Part shown: positions 25,262-38,775 of the stretch, one piece after another
Layout of the letters: every line of letters starts with the position of its first letter
Position numbering within the stretch: position 1 is the stretch's first letter
Assembly (NCBI GenBank): GCA_002269645.1
Contig: NIVC01000067.1
Coordinates: 124,001 to 188,000, forward strand
DNA from: Macrostomum lignano
Lineage: Eukaryota
DNA length: 64,000 nucleotides
Reading direction: 5' to 3'
The notes under the pieces: model-generated
The model's database searches: none
What the model saw: the letters and a program-made list of their open reading frames with translations, nothing else
What the model was told of the DNA's origin: nothing
Translations under genes and position numbers: made by a program

Positions 25262-25476
25262 ATGTACATTTCAGTGGACTGGCTAATGTACATTATTGCT
25301 GAACCAATTAGCAAGTTGTTTACGCCTGCAAGCTTGGGCTTCTAAACTTAACAGAGTAATTTCAGCTGCCTTTACGTAGCTTACGTATTCCTCTTTGCTA
25401 CTGAACTGAAAGTAGAAAGCTGTTTTACTAAGTATACATGCCTTAGTGGTCCATCTGTAGTTATTTTAGTATCTGT
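25262..25476 (+). repeat. Dispersed ~215-bp repeat, copy 1 (copy 2 at 53687-53905)
   Basis: ATGTACATTTCAGTGGACTGGCTAATGTACATTATTGCTGAACCAATTAGCAAGTTGTTTACGCCTGCAAGCTTGGGCTTCTAAAC is identical in both copies; the 3' halves are diverged but alignable. Confidence 0.85.
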
Positions 25477-26282
25477 ACCTCAAAGCAAAGAGCTGTACGA
25501 TTAGAACCGATAAATGTTTAGTTTGGGATTCCGTCTGCCTACTGCTAGTAGAAAGATATGTAAATTCAAATAACCAATGCACCTTTTTTATAAAATAAAA
25601 TAAAAATTTGTTCTTTGAAGTCCAGCAACCCCTCGGGGTCGGATGAGCAAAATGGTTGCGCAACCGGCCGTCATCCACTGCGCCGGTAATATGGGATCAC
25701 GTGACCACTGCTCACTTCGCCCCACGAATCCAAGTTCTCAAAGGCTAAGCCGCGCTCTTCAATTCGCACTCTCAACCGCCTCTCTCTCCTTGATTGCTTG
25801 AGGCATTGTTTGACTTACGTCTCAGTGCTCCAGCCCCAATAGCCCCGATCCCTTAGATGACGCACCCCAGCCCCCCCCCCTGATGATGACAGAGCGCCTC
25901 TCCGCCGACCCCCCAGGACTCATCGGGATCTGCCTGGCATAAAACAGTTTCCCAATTCAATCGCAAATTAAAATTTTCTTCCAGGATGCGCCCTTGGCAA
26001 GTCTTTGTTTCAGTTTTGAGTCTTCTTCCCTACTGCTTACATATTTCTACCCTCTCTCTCTCCCTACCTTTTTCTCGATTACGTAATGCAAAAATGTCTG
26101 TAGCGTGACGAATCGCTCCGGCATTCGTCAGATTTCTGTGACAGGCGAGCTTTCGAATCGATGCAGGCAACTGCTCTCTGGCTCATTGTCCACCACCCCA
26201 TCTGCGGCCTGGTTTTCGGCATAAATTATTCGAAACTCGGAGTACCTGGACCTGCCCACCTGCCTGCATGGCGATCTTGATT

Positions 26283-26782
26283 TGTCTGATGTCTCATTGT
26301 CTGTCTCAGTGTCTGTCTCAGTGTCTGTCTCAGTGTCTGTCTCACTGTCTGTCTCACTGTCTGTCTCACTGTCTGTCTCAGTGTCTGTCTCACTGTCTGT
26401 CTCACTGTCTGTCTCACTGTCTGTCTCAGTGTCTGTCTCACTGTCTGTCTCACTGTCTGTCTGTCTGTCTGTCTCACTGTCTGTCTCACTGTCTGTCTCA
26501 CTGTCTGTCTCACTGTCTGTCTCACTGTCTGTCTCACTGTCTGTCTCACTGTCTGTCTCACTGTCTGTCTCACTGTCTGTCTCAGTGTCTGTCTCAGTGC
26601 CTGTCTCACTGTCTGTCTCACTGTCTGTCTCACTGTCTGTCTCACTGTCTGTCTCACTGTCTGTCTCACTGTCTGTCTCACTGTCTCAGTGTCTGTCTCA
26701 GTGCCTGTCTCACTGTCTGTCTCACTGTCTGTCTCAGTGTCTGTCTCACTGTCTGTCTCACTGTCTGTCTCAGTGCCTGTCT
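26283..26782. repeat. 12-bp minisatellite (TGTCTGTCTCAC/G)
   Basis: Tandem unit read directly. Confidence 0.95.
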
Positions 26783-28074
26783 AACAATGTCTTTACCACA
26801 ATACCATAGATGTCCACCCAGGAAAACTACCTACCAATCTGACTCACGGTTACAAGTCTGTTACTAGGCACCATAGCAACATTCATATAATTGAGCTCCA
26901 TCATGAGCTTCAGTCTGGGGGGGGATGCAGCAGGGCAGACGGTGGGGATTCCGGGGATTTCTGGCACGCCATGCTGTTCCCATCAGCTGCCCACAGACCG
27001 GGAGAGGGGGAGTCAGCTCCATCAGACCTTGAGCAGTCCGCTCCAGAAAGAAGCCACGAGAGCTCCTCTCCTCTCTTCCTCTCCTACCGAAAATTACCTG
27101 ACCATTGGCCGGCGCTACTTAAGAATTATCAAACAAAAATCAATGGCCGAAGGCCTGCACAGCCGGCTGCGCGCCGGGCCTCGCCGCTTTCAAATCTGGT
27201 CTTGATTGATTGGAGAGGCTGGGGGGGGAGGGGAGCCGACTGGCTTTGGTCTCCGCTTCCCCTTTCTTGCCTCCGTTTCTGCCTCAGTGGCATCGATGAA
27301 GCTGGCTGGCGGGCCCCGCGGACTCGGCGGCCCCGCGGTGGTTGCTTGGGAGAAGCTGCGGCCGTGAGGGGGGTGGGTTGGGGAGTTTTTTGCGTGCACA
27401 CGAAATTGGGGAACCGGGGGATTTCAGGCTGAGGGAACTCGCCACTGGTCAATGGAATGAAAGCGGCTCTTCTGCTAGAAAAAAAAGGATGAAGCGAGAG
27501 AGAGAGAGAGAGAGAGGGGGGAAAAGTGCCCAGCCAGTCTCGCCTGGGACCTCCTCATTCACGCCTGCTCAGAGTCCTCACGCTCTTCTCCTCTCTCAAA
27601 GCTCGGGCCGCAGCGGCAGCGGATGCAGGAGAGGAGAGGGTAGGTGAGGGCTTTGGCCTGAAAGCAGAAATTCTCAGTCCAATACTATTTTACTTTCATT
27701 CTCTCCCTCGATCGCCCAGACGGAGTTGAGGCGACAGCGAATGGGGGGCGGTCGGGTGCACTTAAGCTGCACTCTCGGCCGCTGTCCGCACCTCTGTCTG
27801 TCAGTCTGCCTCCGGCTCGGTTGCATTGAGATGAATTTCCCGCCCAACTTGAAGGCTTTTGCCGAAGAGAAAGCAGCCAGAGTATTGAAATTCTCTATTC
27901 TCATTGAATGCACTTCACACTGCGAGCTGCTCCCGCCTTCCTTCCTGCCTTCCCATCGTGTCAATTAAAAATAAGATTTTCAATTGCGATTCACTGATGC
28001 AGTATCTACGAGTATGCACCACCTGTGCAGCTAAAATTTCACTCTTGTTCGAAGTAAAGATAACCTGCCCATAA

Positions 28075-29030
28075 ATTCCATAAAATAGCATCCCTCAAAT
28101 CCATAAAATGGCACCCCTCAAATCCATAACAGGGCATCCCTCAAATCCATAAAATGGCACCCCTCAAATCCATAAAATGGCACCCCTCAAATCCATAACA
28201 GGGCACCCCTCAAATCCATAAAATGGCACCCCTCAAATCCATAAAATGGCATCCCTCAAATCCATAAAATGGCATCCCTCAAATCCATAAAATGGCATCC
28301 CTCAAATCCATAAAATGGCATCCCTCAAATCCATAAAATGGCATCCCTCAAATCCATAAAATGGCATCCCTCAAATCCATAAAATGGCACCCCTCAAATC
28401 CATAACAGGGCATCCCTCAAATCCATAAAATGGCACCCCTCAAATCCATAAAATGGCACCCCTCAAATCCATAACAGGGCACCCCTCAAATCCATAAAAT
28501 GGCACCCCTCAAATCCATAAAATGGCATCCCTCAAATCCATAAAATGGCATCCCTCAAATCCATAAAATGGCATCCCTCAAATCCATAAAATGGCATCCC
28601 TCAAATCCATAAAATGGCATCCCTCAAATCCATAAAATGGCATCCCTCAAATCCATAAAATGGCATCCCTCAAATCCATAAAATGGCACCCCTCAAATCC
28701 ATAACAGGGCACCCTCAAATCCATAAAATGGCACCCCTCAAATCCATAACAGGGCATCCCTCAAATCCATAAAATGGCACCCCTCAAATCCATAAAATGG
28801 CACCCCTCAAATCCATAAAATGGCATCCCTCAAATCCATAAAATGGCATCCCTCAAATCCATAAAATGGCATCCCTCAAATCCATAAAATGGCATCCCTC
28901 AAATCCATAAAATGGCATCCCTCAAATCCATAAAATGGCACCCCTCAAATTCAAAGATGGCATCCCTCGAATTAAAAAATGGCATCTCTTGAACCTAAAA
29001 ATAGCGTCTCTCAAATCCAAAACTGGCACC
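28075..29030. repeat. 23-bp minisatellite (ATCCATAAAATGGCACCCCTCAA), ~38 copies plus degenerate edges
   Basis: Tandem unit read directly. Confidence 0.95.
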
Positions 29031-32000
29031 CTCGAATATTTACCTGAGCCAGTATCCATAAAGCTCCGCACCTCAGGATGACTCACTCACGCAAAATAGA
29101 TCTGTCAAGCATTTATGAGTTGATCGCCCAACCCGCATTATCAAATGGAAAATTTGAATATTATACGGATTCGATCTTTCTTTGTAACGTGACAGAACGA
29201 AAGGGCGGACATCAGTTTCGGTATTGTTGCAGAGATACGGCTCCCTGATCCCACAGATCTGTCTCTGTATGGCGCCTCTCTCGCCAGCGCATTCTGTCGC
29301 TGAATTATGGTCTTAGGTGATCCGTCATCCGATGGTTTGAAATTTCAAATAAAAACAGCGGGGACAATGAGCTGCCAAACCGCAACCCAATAGCCGCCAG
29401 CTCCTCCATGACAGTCTAGTTCGAAGTCCAGGTGGCCGGGAAACAGTTATGCATCGGTAACGCCAATTCACCCTCTGTTAGGTTGACTGTTAATGAAACT
29501 CTTAACTTCCAAAATTCTAGAGCGTTAAAGTGAAAAATAAGCACAAAAATTTAGTAAATTAATTAATTATTTTCGACTCAACTTATCGGAAAGTTGAAAT
29601 CTGTTGCGCAAACACAGCGTTCAAGCTGATTTATGAAGTCTTGAGTCATCAGGTAAAATATCGTGTCTCGTAAATTCCTGTTCTAAACTAGTTTTGTGTG
29701 TTCTGATTGATTTCGCTATACTCTATACTCCATGCTGACAGTTGCATGGCCTCAGACAGCGCTGAGACAATTCTCCCACAACCAGCGCTGAAACATAAGA
29801 TTTTTTATGGGGGAACTCCATGAGCTCCGGCCCGAGATTTGAGGCTGAGGAGTTGTAGCCGGTAGTTAGAGACTATCTCCAACGCGACTTTTATCCCCGA
29901 CACTCTGGCACGCAACCAGCTCGGGTAGGGGAAGCTCGGTTTAGTGAAGTGGAAAATGCCTCTAAGGTGATCTGCTGCGAGGCCCACCCCACTCCTTCCA
30001 TTCGGCTAGTAATCGAGGCTCCCCGGGCTTGCTGCCTTCTTCTGCAGCCGCGTGAATCTGCTGGCAGAGGGAAATAGAAGCAATTTGATATCCCTGCCGC
30101 CGTTGCTCAGATCCCGGAGACCTCCCCCCCCAACCATCCGCCCCGACAAAAATGCAAAAGTGATTTCCTTTCCAACCGTCTCTCCCTAACGGGCTCGCTC
30201 TCATATTCTACTCAACCGCGTGTGTGGCGTTATAGAGTGAAAAAGAATGGCTTTGGGCCGGAGGGGGGTGCATCAGATGTAATAAAAGAGCAGCCACATG
30301 GTCAGCCTCCGCGCCTCAGCAAAGTTGAGCGCCTATTGAGTTCTGCCGCTTCTGGTGGTGATCGATAAACCAGAAATTGCATCGGCTCCTGAAGTCGAAG
30401 AGGAGAAATGCTGTTTTCTGTCTCCGTATTTTTTACTACTTTTTTTCATTCTCTCTCCCTGCCTGCGTCCCACCGCTGCTTCGCTTTGCCGCACCACTCG
30501 CGGCTCGGTGCTTCAGTAAAAAAAGTCAATGGCAACTCTTGAGGGAGGGGACTGCAGGGTAAGCCACCAGACTCTGGGCCTCATCTCTCTCTCTTTCCTA
30601 TCCCTCCCGCCGCCGCTGCCACAGCCTCCCACGGTCCAGGCCGCATCTGTCCATGCTGTTAAACTGACTAAGCCAATATGGAAGTCCGTGATGGATTGAA
30701 GGCAAAAACTATAAAGCTGGCGAGTGTGCGTGAGACACCCCCCTCCCCTGAATCTTGCCCCGCGAGTCCAGATGCTCATAAATACGGCCTTATACATATT
30801 TTTTGCTTTTTTTATCCAAGCTTTGGATATCTCTATATTTACTGGGGGCAGCGAGAGAGAGAGAGAGAGAGATGGAGAGATGGCTGTCATAGCCAAGATA
30901 AATTGACAATATATTTTTTTAACCAAAGCATCCGAAAGCCAGTTATTATCCCAGTTGATTATGTACGAGCTGCCTGTGAAAAGCTTCTCTCAATCTCAAT
31001 TATAAAGAGAATAAAAAAGTGCAAAATTGCAAGAAGATTTTTTTTTCCGTCTTGAAAGCCGCACAGGTGCCGCTGGTACTCGGCCTGCGAGTGGAGGGAG
31101 AGGCGATGGGGAGGGGTGGCTGGGGGAAGAGAGAAGGGGAGCTGAGAGCTGGATGCAAATGCGGGAATTCGGCCCTCACTTGCTTCTCCCGCAGCTCATT
31201 AATGCATCATTTTTATGCAGCAGCAGCGGCGGCGCCCACCCCCCTCTGCACAGCTTGAACCCGGGGTGCCACGCAAGGTCTGGCAGCAGTTCAGGAGCGG
31301 AATTCAGAGATCGGGACTGAGGGCAGAGACGTGAGGAAAGGCGATCGGCAGCAAGGAGGTCCCCACCGCACCCCCCGAGCTGCCAAGAATCTTCCCCCAG
31401 CAGTTCGTTCTGTGAATCTCTCGCATCGGGGAGCACTTTGCCAGGAGAGAGAGAGAGAGAGAGTGCCCTGTGCCTGAGCTGAGCCGAAAGAAATGGCAGG
31501 AAATTCGCGCCCAGGCCAGAAATCACACACCCGCTTCCTCGTGCCGCTCCTTGCATTTCTAGCCGAGCTGAAAATTTCTTCAGCCCTCCCGACTTTTGCC
31601 AGCAACTCTTCAAATAGCCGGGAGTGTCTCATTTTTCTGGAGAGTTCCCGTCCCTCCCCTCCACCCCCACCAGCCTTCTCTGCCTCGCGCCCGACTCATA
31701 ATTCCCTCGAGGTCGCGGACGTTTTCATTTTCTACCTATAATATAGACTCCCCTTCTCTTTTTTGATTCCGCCTTATTGACCGGCGAATCCAGCCCGGCT
31801 GCTGCCGCATGGCTCAGGGAGATACTGACCTGAAATCTCATGCTAATCTTCTGGAGACCGGCCCAGAGGGTACCCCCCCCCCTCCTGCATCAGCTCTCAC
31901 GCACCTATATTTGCAGTAATTTCCCGCTGCTTTCCCCCAAATCTCTTACGTCTTTCCTCTTCCCTGTTTAGCCATCCATATTTTACCCTGATCTTCCTTT

Positions 32001-32139
32001 ACCTTCATTTGTTCTGCACCTCAGCTAAGCTGCTTCCTTTCCGCCCCCCTCTGTCCGCCCCTTTTCTAGTATAACACTTGCTTCCGCCCTCTAACGGCTT
32101 CTCCGCTCTCTCCTATCTCCCGTCAATCTCATCCGTTCT

Positions 32140-32402
32140 TCTGTTCCGCCTTCTCTGTTCCGCCCTCTCTGTTCCGCCCTCTCTGTTCTACCCTCTCTGT
32201 TCCGCCCTCTCTGTTCCGCCCTCTCTGTTCCGCCCTCTCTGTTCCGCCCTCTCTGTTCCGCCCTCTCTGTTCTACCCTCTCTGTTCCGCCCTCTCTGTTC
32301 CGCCCTCTCTGTTCCGCCCTCTCTGTTCCGCCCTCTCTGTTCCGCCCTCTCTGTTCCGCCCTCTCTGTTCCGCCCTCTGTTCCGCCCTCTCTGTTCCGCC
32401 CT
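32140..32402. repeat. 14-16-bp minisatellite (CTCTCTGTTCCGCC)
   Basis: Tandem unit read directly. Confidence 0.9.
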
Positions 32403-33139
32403 CCAGCTTTGCAGCCTACCCTTCTCAACTATTGCAGGTTTTCACTCCCCAATCATGGGAATATTATCCCAAGTAATTTTTCACCATTTTCAATAGATGC
32501 CACTCACACAATGGCATGAAAAAGGCCTCATCAAACAGCGGTTGCTATGCAAATTCAGTCAATGCCGAAAATTGGATCTCCCGACATTCAGGACAAAAAA
32601 CTGGGCCCAGCGACCAACCTATCAGTGGAAAAAGCGCCAAAGTGAGCTGCTCTCGTGCTCAACTACCTGCCTCAATCTATCGCATTCGTGCTGTGAACAA
32701 ACACAGTTCGATTGTTAAAAACTGAATCAAAAGGGGGATTGCTCACTGTGCTCAAATGCTCGCGAGTCTACGACCGATTGCGTTCGTTCTAAAACCGTTG
32801 AAACTGCGGAGGTCATGAAAGCCAGTGAAGCACCTTGATTGTTGAAAAAGAACTCTTTTCGGGACTATAGAGAACTCTGAAAGGAGAACAATGGGGGGGG
32901 GGCGCTGCAAAATCATCACAGAGTAAATGAGATGTGACAGACGGCTGTACTCGAGAGACTGAAGAGCGATTTTCAATTGGAGACTCTCGTTGAGACTCGA
33001 ACGGCTTCCAAGTTATTTTTGGCCTCGCAAATGCATGTTTTGGTTACGTAATTAAAGAGCTTTTTAGAGAATAGAAGACTGGAAAAATTGGTTTTCTGCT
33101 TGAGTGAATGGGCTGAGCGATGGTGCAAAATAAGGGCGC

Positions 33140-34035
33140 CGGTAGATGCGTCAGCAGATCCGATAAAACCAACCGAAGTGCCAGTAGATGTGATAAAGCC
33201 AACCTAAGTGCCAGTAGATGCGATAAAGCCAACCGAAGCGCCAGTAGATGCGATAAAGCCAACCGAAGCGCCAGTAGATGCGATAAAGCCAACCGAAGCG
33301 CCAGTAGATCCGATAAAGCCAACCTAAGCGCTAGTAGATGCGATAAAGCCAACCTAAGCGCCAGTAGATGCGATAAAGCCAACCTAATCGCCAGTAGATG
33401 CGATAAAGCCAACCTAAGCGCCAGTAGATGCGATAAAGCCAACCTAAGCGCCATTAGATGCGATAAAGCCAACCTAAGCGCCAGTAGATCCGAGAAAGCC
33501 AACCTAAGCGCCAGTAGATCCGAGAAAGCCAACCGAAGCGCCAGTAGATGCGATAAAGCCAACCTAAGCGCCAGTAGATGCGATAAAGCCAACCTAAGCG
33601 CCATTAGATGCGATAAAGCCAACCGAAGCGCCAGTAGATCCGAGAAAGCCAACCTAAGCGCCAGTAGATCCGAGAAAGCCAACCTAAGCGCCAGTAGATC
33701 CGAGAAAGCCAACCGAAGCGCCAGTAGATGCGATAAAGCCAACCTAAGCGCCAGTAGATGCGATAAAGCCAACCTAAGCGCCAGTAGATGCGATAAAGCC
33801 AACCGAAGCGCCAGCAGATGCGATAAAGCCAACCGAAGCGCCAGCAGATGCGAGAAAGCCAACCTAAGCGCCAGTAGATCCGAGAAAGCCAACCTAAGCG
33901 CCAGTAGATGCGATAAAGCCAACCGAAGCGCCAGCAGATGCGATAAAGCCAACCTAAGCGCCGGTAGATGCGTCAGCAGATCCGATAAAGCCAACCGAAG
34001 CGCCAGTAGATGCGATAAAGCCAACCGAAGCGCCC
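33140..34035. repeat. 30-bp minisatellite (GCCAACCTAAGCGCCAGTAGATGCGATAAA)
   Basis: Tandem unit read directly; unit length divisible by 3 explains the stop-free ORFs 33044..34138 and 33120..34160. Confidence 0.95.
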
Positions 34036-35611
34036 AAAGCATCACTGTTTTATTTAAAAAAGACACACTGGAGGAGAAGTCACTCAGATTGTTCGATGCC
34101 AAATATTGCTCAAAACTGTTCAGCATGAATCTTAGCAAACTTCATCGCAATACCTTCTAACACAAACAACCCCTATTTACTCGTCAATATACACCTGTCA
34201 CGCCTCGCTGATCTCAAATATTCCCTCGGAATTACGAGCTAATATTGGGACAAAGACTCAAAAATACCCCCTACCTGGCAGGGAAAATTGTCCCAATTTA
34301 CTTTGAAGTAAATTAGAATAGAAAATTGGGTTTGACCTCGGTTTGAGCACACGGCCACACAAGACAGTCCCCTGTGCACACACAAGACAACTTTATACTC
34401 CACCCCATCAATATCGAAGCATTTCGCACAAGTGGATCGATAGATTGCCTCTCGGCTGGAGGGGAGGGGGTCTCGAGTCTCCTTTGTCTAAACTGCGCGC
34501 ACACATACAGTGTTGGAGAGAGCAAATATGCCATGGGCAGAGTCTGACTGAATTCAATTATAGGTAACAAGCTGTATAGCATAATCTCTATATCATAGAA
34601 GCTAGTAAATGTACGGGTGAGAGAGACTTTAGACTTAAAAGAAATTTTATTTGTTCAAGCGTATAATAATAATAATAGGGCTTCGGCTCGTCTGCCACTC
34701 AGCTTTCTAAGTGTATTCGCACTGCAGTAATCATCTACAGTACCTAAATATTAACTAAGGGCAGAAAAGGACTCCACAGCCTTCCTGCAATTATTTTATA
34801 TGTTTTTTAAACTGAATGCAGACTTGCCCAATGCATGGCTTGCTTGACACGCTGGCAAGCACAATGCCAGCACAATAGTGTGGCTCGGTGCCTTCGGGTA
34901 GATTGGTTTGGTTGCGCAATCGCATCAGAAGTTGGCTCGTCTTTGCTGGAGTTGCGTCACAGACTGAGGCATAAGTGCCTCCCTCCAGGCAGCACCCTGT
35001 AGGGAAAAGCCAAGTGCCGCTGAGAGCGCAGCTTAAAAATTGTACCTTTGCCTGAAGCGCATGCTACGTCACACCCCAGTCTTGCCCAAGCGCAACTTTC
35101 TCCGCACTTAAACACGAAATCTGGCTTTGAAGCCAACTCTGCTTTTTTCAACATCGATTGCAACTGTTCTGCTTTAACAACTAAACAGACAGATTGAGAA
35201 GACATGGGCGAAAGCGAGATAGAGAAGGAGAGAGAGATTCAGAAAGTACTTTTACTATAAGCCCCACTCGAGCCCACGGAAGCGGAGTTCGAAATTCTGC
35301 ATAGAAACCGGCTGCGAGCAGCTGACGGCCGGTGCGCGCTGTGCGTGCTGCAAAAAAATTTGGGGTCTCCGCTGCTGCCGCTGCCCCACCAAGCAGTCCC
35401 CACCAATCCGTCCGGCAGCTCAATCGAATTCCGTTCCCGCAGCTTCGACCGGCTGGCCGCTCCCCTTCAATCTTCAGCAAATTCCCACCCACACTGCAGA
35501 AACCGCAGCTTTCATCCGCTCCCGCCAGCATTTTCGGCATCTTTTTACGTTGCTTTTTTCTATAAAGCGAACTTCATCGGGAATTGACTGTGGCTTGATT
35601 AGGGGAAAGGG

Positions 35612-36410
35612 AGAGGCAGGAGTAGAGGGGGGATAGGAGTAGAGGGGGGATAGGAGTAGAGGGGGGATAGGAGTAGAGGGGGGACAGGTGTAAAGGGGGG
35701 ACAGGAGTAGAGGGGGGCAGGTGTAGAGGGGGGGCAGGTGTAGAGGGGGGCAGGAGTAGAGGGGGACAGGAGTAGAGGGGGGCAGGAGTAGAGGGGGCAG
35801 GAGTAGAGGGGGCAGGAGTAGAGGGGGGACAGGAGTAGAGGGGGCAGGAGTAGAGGGTCAGGTGTAGAGGGGGACAGGAGTAGAGGGGGACAGGAGTAGA
35901 GGGGGGCAGGAGTAGAGGGGGCAGGAGTAGAGGGGGGCAGGAGTAGAGGGGGGACAGGAGTAGAGGGGGACAGGAGTAGAGGGGGACAGGAGTAGAGGGG
36001 GGACAGGAGTAGAGGGGGGCAGGAGTAGAGGGTCAGGTGTAGAGGGGGGACAGGAGTAGAGGGGGACAGGAGTAGAGGGGGACAGGAGTAGAGGGGGACA
36101 GGAGTAGAGGGGGGCAGGTGTAGAGGGGGGCAGGTGTAGAGGGGGACAGGAGTAGAGGGGGACAGGAGTAGAGGGGGACAGGTGCAGAGGGGGGACAGGA
36201 GTAGAGGGGGACAGGTGTAGAGGGGGGACAGGAGTAGAGGGGGACAGGTGTAGAGGGGGACAGGAGTAGAGGGGGACAGGAGTAGAGGGTCAGGTGTAGA
36301 GGGGGGACAGGAGTAGAGGGGGGCAGGAGTAGAGGGTCAGGTGTAGAGGGGGGACAGGTGTAGAGGGGGACAGGAGTAGAGGGGGACAGGTGTAGAGGGG
36401 GACAGGAATA
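35612..36410. repeat. G-rich 16/17-bp minisatellite (AGAGGGGGACAGGAGT)
   Basis: Tandem unit read directly; each unit has a G4-G6 run. Confidence 0.92.
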
Positions 36411-37617
36411 AAGGGAGGAGACAGGATTAGCAGATATACGAGTATTAGGAAGAGTTCTGATGCTAGTTGGACAAGTGTCAAAAGTCCATAGTCAAGAAAC
36501 GCCTCCTAAAAAAGAAACAGCTATTTGGCCCCAGCAAATAATTTGGCCCCTTTCGGCAAAGAAAGTATAGGAGACAGAAAAAAGCGCGCAGGAGAGAGAA
36601 AGTTGTTCTGCAAGTTGGCGATGAAAAAGAAGAAACCAATGACTAGAAAATGAAGAGAGCAAAGCGCGAAAAAGATTGAGATTGAGAAAGAGAGGAGAGG
36701 AGAGGAGCACGGGAACGCATGGGATTTTCAGCAAGGATTTGGCATTTGGTGGACGCTAAATTAGTAATTTAGCCGATCCGCCTGGTCTAATGCCATCCAT
36801 TCCTCCATCTCTCGCTCTGAGCTTTTTCCAAGCAGCAGCTCCTAAGGACTGCTTCCTTGTTCTCCTGGGCAAAGCTGGGCACACGCGCAGCAAAGTTGCT
36901 GCAGCTAGAAGAAGGCTGGCTATTGATTTTCGAACTGCTGGCAGTTGGCGAGCAGACCGGCATTCTTAGCGATGCTGGACCCACCAGTCGGAGGCCTTAT
37001 TGAGAGGAGGGGAGAGAGAAGTGGAAAGAGCCCAGAGAAAGAGAGCTTAGAGAACCCCTCTTACCAGCCTCCTTTAGTCCGTGAGAATGAATACATAATG
37101 ATGCCGAGGGACTTTCTGGCTTCTTGAGCTGGCTTTGGCCAGAAAAACTCTTTTCCGATATCGCATTCGATGCAGTTTTATGGCGCTCCATTTTGCGAGA
37201 CTGAATTCAGATTGATAACCGGCGAAATTGCACTATAGCACCAGTTGCAGGCAGTGAATTGCTGGGCTTTTTCTGCGACCAAAAACTGGGGCCTTTCGGC
37301 TTTTCTAGGAATTATAGATATCTGAAGAATCAGCAAGTTCGAACACCGGAACCGCCATAGGCGAAAGCGAAGGCAATCATCCTCGAGCTCGTGGGGATTC
37401 GAACTGATGGCGCCCGCGCACCAGATGCACTTGATCGCCTGCTGCCGGCCTTGAAAGATATTTTCGTTCTCACTGAAGCGTGTCGGAAAGTTATTAGCTG
37501 GATGGGGAGGCAGTCTTGAAAGAAGCTGTTTAGCTTGTGTCCTATGCAAAAGTAAGGCCGCTTTTTTGCTGTAGGCTAAATGGCTTTTGCATCGTTGAAA
37601 TCGAGAAGTAGCAGTGA

Positions 37618-38775
37618 GTCAAGTTTGAAGCATCAATTCCAAATCCGGCGCCTCAACAGTCAACTTTGAAGCATCAATTCCCAATCCGGCGCCTCAACAG
37701 TCAACTTTGAAGCATCAATTCCCAATACGGCGCTTCAACAGTCAACTTTGAAGCATCAATTCCCAATACGGCGCTTCAACAGTCAACTTTGAAGCATCAA
37801 TTCCCAATCCGGCGCCTCAACAGTCAACTTTGAAGCATCAATTCCCAATCCGGCGCCTCAACAGTCAACTTTGAAGCATCAATTCCCAACCCGGCGCCTC
37901 AACAGTCAACTTTGAAGCATCAATTCCCAATCCGGCGCTTCAACAGTCAACTTTGAAGCATCAATTCCCAATACGGCGCCTCAACAGTCAACTTTGAAGC
38001 ACCAATTCCCAACCCGGCGCCTCAACAGTCAACTTTGAAGCATCAATTCCCAATCCGGCGCTTCAACAGTCAACTTTGAAGCATCAATTCCCAATACGGC
38101 GCCTCAACAGTCAACTTTGAAGCATCAATTCCCAATACGGCGCCTCAACAGTCAACTTTGAAGCATCAATTCCCAATCCGGCGCCTCAACAGTCAACTTT
38201 GAAGCATCAATTCCCAATCCGGCGCCTCAACAGTCAACTTTGAAGCATCAATTCCCAATACGGCGCCTTAACAGTCAACTTTGAAGCATCAATTCCCAAT
38301 CCGGCGCCTCAACAGTCAACTTTGAAGCATCAATTCCCAATCCGGCGCCTCAACAGTCAACTTTGAAGCATCAATTCCCAATCCGGCGCCTCAACAGTCA
38401 ACTTTAAAGCATCAATTCCCAATCCGGCGCCTCAACAGTCAACTTTGAAGCATCAATTCCCAATCCGGCGCCTCAACAGTCAACTTTGAAGCATTAATTC
38501 CCAATACGGCGCCTCAACAGTCAACTTTGAAGCATCAATTCCCAATCCGGCGCTTCAACAGTCAACTTTGAAGCATCAATTCCCAATACGGCGCCTCAAC
38601 AGTCAACTTTGAAGCATCAATTCTCAATCCGGCGCCTCAACAGTCAACTTTGAAGCATCAATTCCCAATCCGGCGCCTTAACAGTCAAGTTTGAAGCATC
38701 AATTCCCAATCCGGCGCCTCAACAGTCAAGTTTGAAGCATCAATTCCCAATACGGCGCCTCAACAGTCAAGTTTG
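37618..38775. repeat. 41-bp minisatellite (TTTGAAGCATCAATTCCCAATCCGGCGCCTCAACAGTCAAC), ~28 copies
   Basis: Tandem unit read directly. Confidence 0.96.

Noticed and set aside
32516-32725. YRIRAVNK motif resembling a fibronectin type III strand
   Set aside because: Only a short motif; flanking frames have stops and no other FN3 features or usable splice sites were found.
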